This document shows positions 1 to 7,595 of a stretch of DNA of 64,000 bases, piece by piece. Below the pieces are notes generated by a model that saw nothing but the letters and a program-made list of their open reading frames with translations, was not told the DNA's origin and searched no databases. This stretch comes from Chloroflexota bacterium. GTDB lineage: Bacteria; Chloroflexota; Limnocylindria; Limnocylindrales; CSP1-4. The stretch is from positions 2,704 to 66,703 of the forward strand of contig JBIQKJ010000016.1 in NCBI GenBank assembly GCA_044506615.1. Direction: 5' to 3'. Position numbers and translations under genes: made by a program. Every line of letters starts with the position of its first letter. The stretch's first letter is position 1.

Positions 1-871
1 GCTCGGCGTCGCGGCCGACGAACGGGGCCTCGAGCCGATCCTCCCGTCCGACCCCGCGCCGCTGGGCGACGACGCGGACGGCGCGCCACGCCGCGACCGG
101 GGCCTGCTTGCCCTTGAGCTGCTGCTCGTCGACGGGCTCGAACGTGATCGCGCCACTCGCGGCGCGCTGGGTCGCGTCGCCCACGAGCACCGTGCCGGGC
201 GGAGCGACCGACTGGAGGCGCGACGCGGTGTTGACGAGGTCGCCCGCGACCATGCCCTGCCCGACCGCGCCGAGGGTGACCGCGGCCTCCCCGGTAAGCA
301 CGCCGCCTCGGGCCTGGAGGTTCTCGCCGAGCGTGCCGACCGCGGCGACGAGCTCGAGACCCGCGCGGACCGCCCGCTCGGCGTCGTCCTCGTGCGCGAC
401 CGGCGCGCCCCACAGGGCCATGACCGCGTCACCGATGAACTTCTCGACGACGCCACCGTGTCGCTCGACGACGTCGCGGGCAAGGTCGAAGTAGCGGGAG
501 AGGAGCTCCCGGACGAGCTCCGGGTCGCGGCCATCGCTGAGGGTCGTGAACCCGACGAGGTCCGCGAACAGCACCGACACGAGGCGGCGCTCGGCGACGG
601 GGGCGGTGGCCGCGCGAGGGGAGCCGGGGCCGGGGGGAGTGCCGGGGGGCGTGCCGGGGGGAGTGCCGGCAGCCGGCGCGTGCGATGCGGGCGTGCCGGC
701 GCCCTGGGCGCCTGCGGTCGGCTGGAGCGCCGAGCCGCATTCGCCGCAGAAGCGCGCGGTCGGGGTGTTGGCGGCACCGCATGCCGGGCAGGAGGCGGCG
801 AGACGCGTGCCGCACTCACCGCAGAACTTGCGGCCCGACTCGTTGGGCGATCCGCACGCGGAACAGTTCAC
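1..871 (-). CDS. Class III adenylate/guanylate cyclase-domain protein with N-terminal double zinc ribbon (N-terminal part only; gene runs off window start)
   Basis: Absent from ORF track because it is edge-truncated. Reverse translation from GTG at 871 (GGAGAGGA just upstream) gives VNCSACGSPNESGRKFCGECG...CPACGAANTPTARFCGECG, a GTPP x3 linker, then ERRLVSVLFADLVGFTTLS...VEKFIGDAVMALWGAP...GDLVNTASRLQ (class III cyclase catalytic motifs). Confidence 0.85.
   Translation of the reverse strand, partial: MNCSACGSPNESGRKFCGECGTRLAASCPACGAANTPTARFCGECGSALQPTAGAQGAGTPASHAPAAGTPPGTPPGTPPGPGSPRAATAPVAERRLVSVLFADLVGFTTLSDGRDPELVRELLSRYFDLARDVVERHGGVVEKFIGDAVMALWGAPVAHEDDAERAVRAGLELVAAVGTLGENLQARGGVLTGEAAVTLGAVGQGMVAGDLVNTASRLQSVAPPGTVLVGDATQRAASGAITFEPVDEQQLKGKQAPVAAWRAVRVVAQRRGVGREDRLEAPFVGRDAE
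632..667 (-). repeat. 3 x 12-bp in-frame tandem repeat (GTPP linker of the cyclase)
   Basis: ggggggagtgcc / ggggggcgtgcc / ggggggagtgcc read directly. Confidence 0.8.
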
Positions 872-1080
872 TGGTCCTCTCCGCTCCCCGGAGCGCTAAG
901 CGTACCGCGCGGCACGACACGTGGGCGTGCGGTCCGCGGTGTGGATCGCGGGGCCGGTCCGTGCCGTCCACGTCGGTCCGTGCCGACCACGTCGTCGTGG
1001 CGGGCCTCGGCGGGGCTCGGCGGGCTCGGCGGCGGGATCGTGCGTCCTGGGCCCGGGTCCTTGGCCAAATATCAGCCCCC

Positions 1081-1199
1081 GTAGTGAGAGGCCGACCGGC
1101 GGCCCCGAACAGGCCCGATTCCTTGGCCATTCACTAACCCAGGTGCTGAGTGGCCACGAAAGGGCCGACCAGGCGCTCGATCCGGCGGCCTTTCACTAC
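1081..1199 (+). ncRNA. Candidate structured RNA / leader element (unclassified)
   Basis: Outer inverted repeat GTAGTGAGAGGCC (1081-1093) / GGCCTTTCACTAC (1187-1199). Inner 9-bp hairpin GGCCATTCA (1125-1133) / TGAGTGGCC (1147-1155). The single non-Watson-Crick position in each helix is G.U only on the plus strand. Region is locally lower in GC. Confidence 0.3.
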
Positions 1200-1405
1200 C
1201 CGGGTTCGTATTTGGCCGAGACCGGTGCGTGGCCGGGCCCCGGCGCCGGCCGCCCGGCGCGGGGGCGGGCCCCGGTGCGGGCCGGGGGCCGGGCCCGGCT
1301 GCGTGGCGTGGCCCCGCCGCGGCCGCGCCCCGACCGCGGGCCACGCGCCCGATCGCACGCGCGTACCGTGGAGGACGACACGGAACGACGAGGAGGCACT
1401 CCCCG

Positions 1406-1891
1406 ATGACGACGACATGGGCCGAGTTCGAGTCGGCCCGGCCCGAGATGGCGGCCGAGGGCCGCCGCCTGCTCTATGCCCGCAACGGCGAGGGGCTCGC
1501 GCTGCTCGCCACGGTCCGCGGCACCGACGAGCCGCCGCGCATCCATCCGATCAACGTCGAGATCCGCGACGGCGAGCTGTACGCGTTCCTCTTCCCGTCC
1601 GGCAAGAAGCGCGACCTCGAGGCCGATCGGCGCTACGCGCTCCACGCCCACCAGGATCCGGCCGCGCCCGACGAGTTCCTCGTCCGCGGCCGCGCCCGCC
1701 GCGTCGACGATCCGACCGTCCGCGACGCCATCGCCGCGCAGTGGCCGTTCACGCCCGGCCCGGACTACGTGCTGTACGCGTTCGGCGTCGAGTCGGTGAC
1801 GCTCGGCCGGCGCGGCCCCGACGAGTGGCCGCCGCGCTACACGCGCTGGCAGGCGCGGACCGAGCTCGAGCCCGGCGTCGAGGCCGGGTAG
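1406..1891 (+). CDS. Pyridoxamine 5'-phosphate oxidase (PPOX)-family flavin-binding protein
   Basis: ATG at 1406 with AGGAGG at 1391-1396. MTTTWAEFESARPEMAAEGRRLL...LATVRGTDEPPRIHPINVEIRDGELYAFLFPSGKKRDLEADRRYALH is typical PPOX split-barrel. The track ORF 1229 start is upstream extension. Confidence 0.75.
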   Translation: MTTTWAEFESARPEMAAEGRRLLYARNGEGLALLATVRGTDEPPRIHPINVEIRDGELYAFLFPSGKKRDLEADRRYALHAHQDPAAPDEFLVRGRARRVDDPTVRDAIAAQWPFTPGPDYVLYAFGVESVTLGRRGPDEWPPRYTRWQARTELEPGVEAG

Positions 1892-2104
1892 GCGGCGCCG
1901 ACCGGGGACGACACGAACGAGGCCCTCGGCCGTCCAACCGACCCCCATCACCGTCATTTGACGACAGACACCGCCCGGTGACGCGGGCACACTCAGCGGT
2001 CCCGATACGACCCGAGGACGCGGCGACGCCATCGGCCGATGACTTTCGGCGCCGACGTCTGTCTTCACAGCGACACCCCCGCCCGCAAAGACGAGGAGGA
2101 CCTC

Positions 2105-3481
2105 GTGACCGCCACGAACACCGTCCTGTCCATCCCCGACATCCGAGCCGCCGTTGCCGGCCGCGTCATCGGCCCCGACGACCCCGACTACGACCGCTTC
2201 CGCACGGTCGTCATGGGCGGCATCGATCGCCGCCCGGCGGTGATCGTCTGCCCCGCGAACACCGACGACGTCGCGACGGTCATCCGCCTCGCGCGCGAGA
2301 CCGGGCTTCCGCTGGCCGTCCGGAGCGGCGGCCACAGTTCGGCCGGCCACAGTGTCGTCGACGACGGCATCGTGCTCGATCTCCGTGACATGAAGCGGCT
2401 CGAGATCGACGTCGAGAACCGCACCGCGTGGGCCGAGGCCGGGCTGACCGCCGGCGAGTACACGGCCAGGGCCGCCGAGCACGGCCTTGCGACCGGCTTC
2501 GGCGACACCGGATCGGTGGGGATCGGCGGGATCACGCTCGGCGGCGGCGTCGGGTACCTCGTGCGCAAGCACGGGCTCACGATCGATTCGCTCCTCGCGG
2601 CTGACATCGTCACCGCCGACGGCCAGGTCCGTCGCGTCGACGCCGAGCACGAGCCCGATCTGTTCTGGGCGATCCGCGGCGGCGGCGGCAACTTCGGGGT
2701 CGTGACCCGGTTCCAGTTCCGCCTCCACGACGTGTCGGAGTTCACCGGCGGCATCCTCGTCCTCCCCGCGACCGCCGACACGATCGCCGGCTTCATCGCG
2801 GCCAACGAGGCGGCACCGGAGGAGCTGTCCGCGATCGCGAACGTGATGCCGTGCCCGCCGATGCCGTTCGTCCCCGAGGAGCACCACGGCACGCTGGTCA
2901 TCCTCGCGATGCTCGCGTTCGCCGGACCGGCCGATGCCGCCGCGCAGGCGTACGCGCCGTTCCGCGCGCTCGCGACGCCGCTCGCCGACCTGATCCAGGC
3001 GGGCAGCTACACGACGATGTACCCGCCCGAGCCCGAGGAGGAGTACCACCCGACGGCGATCGCGAAGAACCTGTTCATGGACGCGATCGACCGCGACGTC
3101 GCGCAGGGGATCGTCGACACGCTCGAGTCGATCGACGCGCCGATGAAGGTGGCCCAGCTGCGCGTCCTCGGCGGCGCCTACGCCCGGGTCCCGGCCGAGG
3201 CGACCGCGTACGCGCACCGCGCGAGCCGGATCATGGTCAACATCGCCGCGTTCTACATGGGCGAGGACGACCGGGTCGTGAAGGCCGAATGGGTCGACCG
3301 GTTTGCCCGACAGCTCACCCAGACCGACCACGGTGCCTACGTCAACTTCGTCGGGGACGAGGGCGAGGCGGGCGTCCGGGCGGCCTACCCGGGCGCGACC
3401 TACGGGCGCCTGGCCGAGATCAAGCGCCGCTACGACCCCGACAACCTGTTCCGGCTGAACCAGAACATCGTTCCCGCCTGA
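2105..3481 (+). CDS. FAD-linked oxidase (FAD_binding_4 with BBE-like C-terminus)
   Basis: GTG 2105 after GAGGAGGA. PAVIVCPANTDDVATVIRLARETGLPLAVRSGGHS, GIGGITLGGGVGYL and C-terminal YDPDNLFRLNQNI are hallmarks of VAO/BBE-type flavoenzymes. Confidence 0.85.
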   Translation: MTATNTVLSIPDIRAAVAGRVIGPDDPDYDRFRTVVMGGIDRRPAVIVCPANTDDVATVIRLARETGLPLAVRSGGHSSAGHSVVDDGIVLDLRDMKRLEIDVENRTAWAEAGLTAGEYTARAAEHGLATGFGDTGSVGIGGITLGGGVGYLVRKHGLTIDSLLAADIVTADGQVRRVDAEHEPDLFWAIRGGGGNFGVVTRFQFRLHDVSEFTGGILVLPATADTIAGFIAANEAAPEELSAIANVMPCPPMPFVPEEHHGTLVILAMLAFAGPADAAAQAYAPFRALATPLADLIQAGSYTTMYPPEPEEEYHPTAIAKNLFMDAIDRDVAQGIVDTLESIDAPMKVAQLRVLGGAYARVPAEATAYAHRASRIMVNIAAFYMGEDDRVVKAEWVDRFARQLTQTDHGAYVNFVGDEGEAGVRAAYPGATYGRLAEIKRRYDPDNLFRLNQNIVPA

Positions 3482-3520
3482 GCCATCCGGCCCTCGCAGC
3501 CGGTCGTTCCATCGGCTAGC

Positions 3521-4567
3521 GTGGTCCGCATGGGAAGCTTTCTCGAGGCCGTCCTCGCGTCCGGGCACGATCCCGGGCACGGGGGCGGCTTCTTCGGGTT
3601 CGGCGGTCACAGCGGCAGCGCACCGGCGCCGTTCGACGCGCTCGACGGACCCCGGCTCGCCGGCCGGGACGGCAGCCATCCGCTCGCGCTGGTTCGGCCG
3701 CTCGACCTGCTGCGCCCGACCAGCGACGGCCTCGACGGCGAGATCGTGCTCGACGGCCCCGTGCGGGTCGGGGAGGGGATCAGCGGCCGACTGTCGGTCG
3801 TCGCGCGCCGGATCGTCGAGGGCCGGAGCGTCGCGCTGCGGCTCGTCGGGGTTCGGCTCGCCGAGCACAAGCGTTCGATCGAGCACCGCGACAGCGAGGG
3901 TCGCGTCACGAGCAGGGATGAGTGGGTCGAGGTCGGCGGCGACACGTTCGAGCAGCTGCCGTTCACCGAGCCGGCGCTGCCGACCCGGCTCGCGCCCGGC
4001 GAGCGGTTCGAGACGACGTTCCTCGTGCCGGCGCCGAGGCTGGGGCCGCCGTCGGCGCACCTCGGGTCGGCGATGATCGTCTGGGCGCTCGAGGCCCGAT
4101 GGGACGTCGCGATGGGCGCGGACCAGCGGGTCGCGTCCCTCGTCGAGGTCCGCCAGCATCCCGACTACCTGCGGTCGGGCGCGGCCCGGCTGGCCGAGGG
4201 CTCGCTCTTCGACGCCTGGCCGGGCGGCGACGCGTCGATCGCGGTCTCGCCCCTGCCGCCGGTCGCCGCAGGGTCGGATCTCGACGTCATCGTTACGTGG
4301 CCCGGCGCCGGCTCCGGTCGCGGCGCGCGGCTGGAGCTGCACGCCGACATCGCCGGCCCCAACCCGATCGCAGGGCTCGTGCTGTTCTCGGCGCCGGTCG
4401 ACCCGTCGGCGTTCCGGTCCGGCGTGCGGATGACCCTCCCGATCCCGGCCGACGCACCGCCCACGGTGACCGCCGACGGCCTGGGTGTCGCCTATCGCCT
4501 GCGCGCGCTCGTCGACCGCCAGCTCATGAAGGACCTCGCGATCGAGCGGCCGATCGCGGTGCTGTAA
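3521..4567 (+). CDS. Hypothetical protein, beta-rich two-lobed (possibly arrestin/Spo0M-like)
   Basis: Coding-like composition in the 348-aa ORF. No recognisable catalytic motif. Start uncertain (GTG 3521 or ATG 3530), weak RBS. Confidence 0.55.
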   Translation: MVRMGSFLEAVLASGHDPGHGGGFFGFGGHSGSAPAPFDALDGPRLAGRDGSHPLALVRPLDLLRPTSDGLDGEIVLDGPVRVGEGISGRLSVVARRIVEGRSVALRLVGVRLAEHKRSIEHRDSEGRVTSRDEWVEVGGDTFEQLPFTEPALPTRLAPGERFETTFLVPAPRLGPPSAHLGSAMIVWALEARWDVAMGADQRVASLVEVRQHPDYLRSGAARLAEGSLFDAWPGGDASIAVSPLPPVAAGSDLDVIVTWPGAGSGRGARLELHADIAGPNPIAGLVLFSAPVDPSAFRSGVRMTLPIPADAPPTVTADGLGVAYRLRALVDRQLMKDLAIERPIAVL

Positions 4568-5033
4568 GGGCCGGGGTCCGCCGCGCGCGCTCGGGGGAGC
4601 ACGAGGAGCGCCGGGCTCCACGCTCACTGCGGGCCTCCCGCGCTCTCTGGCACTCGCGCGGAACGACCGGGTGAACCGCGCCACGCTGCGAACGGCCGTG
4701 CCGCGGCGGCTGGGCCGCCCGACCGCCCGACCGCCCGACCGCGCGATACCGCGCCGCGCGCTCGCTGCATGGACGTCTCGAGCACGAGCCGAACCGATTT
4801 CGCACACCGAGCCCGCCGAAGTCAGCGGCGGTGCTCATGCAGGCGGAATCGCGTGCGAGAACCCCGACGACAGGGCCGGATCGGCACGATGACCAACGCG
4901 TACCCGCACGCCGCGACCATGCACCGGTCGAAGCGATCGTCATCGCGTGTCCCGGCCCGCGTCCCGGCCCCGTCGACCCGGGTCGCCCGAGCGCCCGACG
5001 GTGGGCCCCGCGCCCGCCAAGTCGCGCGGCGAT

Positions 5034-5759
5034 CTACCGGCAGTGCCAGCCGTTGTCGACGATCAGCTCGACGCCGTTGACGGCGCCGTTCTCGAGCAGG
5101 AACCGGGTCGCGTCGACGATCTCGGCCATCGTGGACAGCTTGCCGGTCGGGGTCTCGGACTCGTAGCGGCGGATCGCCTCGGGCTTCTCGGCCCAGAAGG
5201 GCGAATCCCCGACGATGCCGGGGTGGATCGCGTTGACCCGGATCGGCTTGAGCTCCTCGACCAGCGTGCGCGTGAGCCCGCTGATGCCGCCGTTGACGGT
5301 CGAGACCGTCGTCGAGCCGGGGTACGGCCGCTCCTTCGCCATGCCGCCGAACAGGACGATCGACGACGTCGGCTCGAGCCGGTCGCGGAGCGTGTGGACG
5401 ACCTCGGTGAAGCCGACGAGCTTGAGCGTGACGAGCCGGATCGCTCCCTCGATGTTGTACTCGGCGACGGTGTTCGCGTCGCGGTCGATCGCGACGAGCG
5501 TCAGGTGGCGCACGGGTCCACGCACGTCGGCGAGTGCCGGGGCGATCGAGGTCGGGTCGGCGAGGTCGAAGACGACGCCTCGGACCGAGCCACCGCCTGA
5601 GCCGACTTCGGCCTGCGCGGCGGCCACGGCGGACTCGACGTTCCCGGGCGTTCGGCCGGTCAGGACGACGTCGCGTCCGGCGCGGACGAAGTGCTTGACG
5701 ATCTCGAGGCCGATCGCCCGGGTGCCCCCGACGACGACCACCGTCCCGTTGTCCGACAT
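5034..5759 (-). CDS. Short-chain dehydrogenase/reductase (SDR)
   Basis: MSDNGTVVVVGGTRAIGLEIV (TGxxxGxG-type Rossmann N-terminus). ATG 5759 overlaps the TGA of the upstream bicupin by one base (TGATG), GGAGGA 5 nt upstream. Confidence 0.85.
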   Translation of the reverse strand: MSDNGTVVVVGGTRAIGLEIVKHFVRAGRDVVLTGRTPGNVESAVAAAQAEVGSGGGSVRGVVFDLADPTSIAPALADVRGPVRHLTLVAIDRDANTVAEYNIEGAIRLVTLKLVGFTEVVHTLRDRLEPTSSIVLFGGMAKERPYPGSTTVSTVNGGISGLTRTLVEELKPIRVNAIHPGIVGDSPFWAEKPEAIRRYESETPTGKLSTMAEIVDATRFLLENGAVNGVELIVDNGWHCR

Positions 5760-6694
5760 CACTGTCCTCCGCGCAACTGCTCTTCGAACCGCTTCCAGGT
5801 CGGCGCCCAGCGGTAGGCGTGGCGCACCGGCGGCTGCGGCGCCTGGGTCTCGATCCAGCGCACCCGCTCGGTGCCCTCGTTGTAGAACCCGTGGACGCTG
5901 CCGACGCCGGCGAACACGACGTCACCGGCGCGCAACGTGTAGTGCCTGCCGTCGAGCTCGGCCTCGCAGACGCCCTCGAGGAAGAAGTACGTCTCCTCGA
6001 ACGGGTGGTCGTGGGCCTGGGCCGAGCCGCCGAGCTCGTAGTCGACCGTGAACATCGTGAGGAGGTCGGCGCCGAGGACCCGGTCGACGAGCATCTTCAC
6101 CGAGATCCCGCTGTACGCGAGGATCGCCGTGTCCATGCCGGCCGGGGCGCGACCGCGGGCGGGGTCCTTCACGGCAAGGGCCTCGAGCTGCGGCGGCGTG
6201 CCCTCGTAGTGGCCGACCCAGCGGGTCGTCGGGGTGCCGAAGGCCGGGCGCGCGGCCGCGGCGGCGAGCGCCTCGAGATCGAGCGGCTCGGACGCGAAGA
6301 AGGTGTCCTTCCGATCCCCGCCGGCCGGCAGTCGTTGCGGCGTGCTCACCGAGAGCCAGCGAACCGGGGCACCGTCCCCGTTCCGTGCCGGGTTGACGAG
6401 CGCGTGCCACACCCCGATCGGCATGAACGAGAAGTCCCCGCGGACGAGGTGGTGGACCCGACCGTCGAGCTCGACGAGCAGCTCGCCCTCGAGGACGTAG
6501 AGCGCCTCCTCGAACGAGTGGAGGTGGCGGCCGAGCCAGCCGCCCGGCTGCAGCGCCCCGACCGCGAGCTCGGTGTGGACCGCGCCCTGGTCCGGCCCGA
6601 CGAGCACCGCGCGCGAGAGGCCCGACGCGGTGGCGGTTGCCGGCGCGGGGGTCGCGAGGGCGTCCCAATCGACGCGACCGACGAAGTGGACCAT
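5759..6694 (-). CDS. Bicupin protein (two cupin barrels)
   Basis: ATG 6694 with GAGGAGG upstream. Two cupin motifs: GRHLHSFEEALYVLEGELLVELDG...GVWHALVN and HDHPFEETYFFLEGVCEAELDG...GSVHGFYN. The track ORF start 6865 is an upstream extension. Confidence 0.8.
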   Translation of the reverse strand: MVHFVGRVDWDALATPAPATATASGLSRAVLVGPDQGAVHTELAVGALQPGGWLGRHLHSFEEALYVLEGELLVELDGRVHHLVRGDFSFMPIGVWHALVNPARNGDGAPVRWLSVSTPQRLPAGGDRKDTFFASEPLDLEALAAAAARPAFGTPTTRWVGHYEGTPPQLEALAVKDPARGRAPAGMDTAILAYSGISVKMLVDRVLGADLLTMFTVDYELGGSAQAHDHPFEETYFFLEGVCEAELDGRHYTLRAGDVVFAGVGSVHGFYNEGTERVRWIETQAPQPPVRHAYRWAPTWKRFEEQLRGGQ

Positions 6695-6740
6695 GGGGCC
6701 TCCTCTCAGCGGTGCGGGACGGCCGCCGCGGGCCGGGAGG

Positions 6741-7481
6741 TCACTCGGCGGCGGTCGGCGATGGTCTCGTGGCCGCGGACGAGCGGCCGTCGGCGCGGCC
6801 CCGTTCCAGGGCTGCGTCCATGTCCACCTGACTCGAGTTGCGTCCCAGCACGAACCAGATGGCATGCACCGGCTCCGTGCCGTGGTTCACGAGCCGATGC
6901 GGGACGGTCGAGTGGATCGTGATCGCGTCCCCCGGACCCAGCTGGTGCTCGTCGAACCCGATCGTCACGCTCAGCTGACCGCTCAGGACGAAGCCCCACT
7001 CGCGGCCGCCGTGGCGCTGGAACTCGTGCTCGGGGCTCGATGCGCCGCCGACCTCGTAGGTGACGTACAGGAACTCGAGGTCCGGGTCCGAGGTCGGCGT
7101 GAGCCGCTCCCAGACGACCCCCGACGCGAGCCGGATGCGCTTCCGGTTCACCGCGCGCTGGACCGGATCCCTTGGGGACTGCGGGCCGGATGAAGTCGTA
7201 GGGCCCCGGCCGGCGGGTGCGGCCTCCTCGCCCGGCGCGGCCCGATCCGCGTCGATGAACAGCAGATCGTCGAGCGAGACGCCCAGCTCGGTCGCGATCG
7301 CGTACAGCGTGCTGACCGACGGCCGCGCCCGGCCCGTCTCGATCTGCGAGATCAGGCTCGGCGACACGCCGAGCCGATCCGCGAGGTGGCGCAGGCTCAG
7401 GCCGTGCGCCTGTCGCTCGGTCCGCAGGCGTTCCCCGATCGGGGGATGATCGCGACTCGGACGACGGTGACCTGCTGCCAC
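6741..7481 (-). CDS. XRE-family HTH transcriptional regulator with C-terminal cupin sensor domain
   Basis: GTG 7481 after GAGGAG. IGERLRTERQAHGLSLRHLADRLGVSPSLISQIETGRARPSVSTLYAIATELGVSLDDLL is an HTH_3 domain. The C-terminus has a cupin motif (EFQRHGGREWGFVLSGQLSV...STVPHRLVNHG). Confidence 0.85.
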   Translation of the reverse strand: MAAGHRRPSRDHPPIGERLRTERQAHGLSLRHLADRLGVSPSLISQIETGRARPSVSTLYAIATELGVSLDDLLFIDADRAAPGEEAAPAGRGPTTSSGPQSPRDPVQRAVNRKRIRLASGVVWERLTPTSDPDLEFLYVTYEVGGASSPEHEFQRHGGREWGFVLSGQLSVTIGFDEHQLGPGDAITIHSTVPHRLVNHGTEPVHAIWFVLGRNSSQVDMDAALERGRADGRSSAATRPSPTAAE

Positions 7482-7595
7482 GGGAACTCCTCGGGTCCAA
7501 CGGGCCGGCCGGAACGGCCCGGATGGATGACGGCCCCGACCTGCCGCTGATGCTAGCAGGAGCGGGCCGGGGTCCGGCCACCGTCCCGTCGCCGG

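Noticed and set aside
392-1137. Plus-strand ORFs 392-1084, 546-899 and 685-1137, and minus ORFs 429-815 and 816-1130.
   Set aside because: They overlap the clearly motif-bearing edge-truncated cyclase gene on the minus strand or the non-coding spacer. Their translations are low-complexity.
1195-1220. tRNA-like T-arm fragment gggttcgta.
   Set aside because: No acceptor, anticodon or D-arm complementarity around it, and it lacks GGTTCGAATCC-type conservation. No tRNA-like cloverleaf was seen anywhere in the window.
1196-4807. 1203-aa minus-strand ORF, and similar giant ORFs at 16326-19256(-), 20700-24299(-), 25525-28821(+), 36696-39722(-), 51000-54146(-), plus the upstream parts of 47584-51486(-) and 48795-52922(+).
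   Set aside because: Their translations are Arg/Pro/Gly/Asp-rich with no motifs. They lie antisense to, or out of frame with, genes that have clear family signatures and RBSs. These are typical stop-codon-poor shadow frames of very GC-rich DNA. Only the terminal segments of two of them (osmC and the alpha/beta hydrolase) are real.
4524-5080. ORFs 4524-4943(-), 4671-4892(+) and 4769-5080(+) in the gap after the hypothetical gene.
   Set aside because: Arg/Ser/Ala-rich low-complexity translations, no RBS, mutually overlapping. Treated as non-coding.
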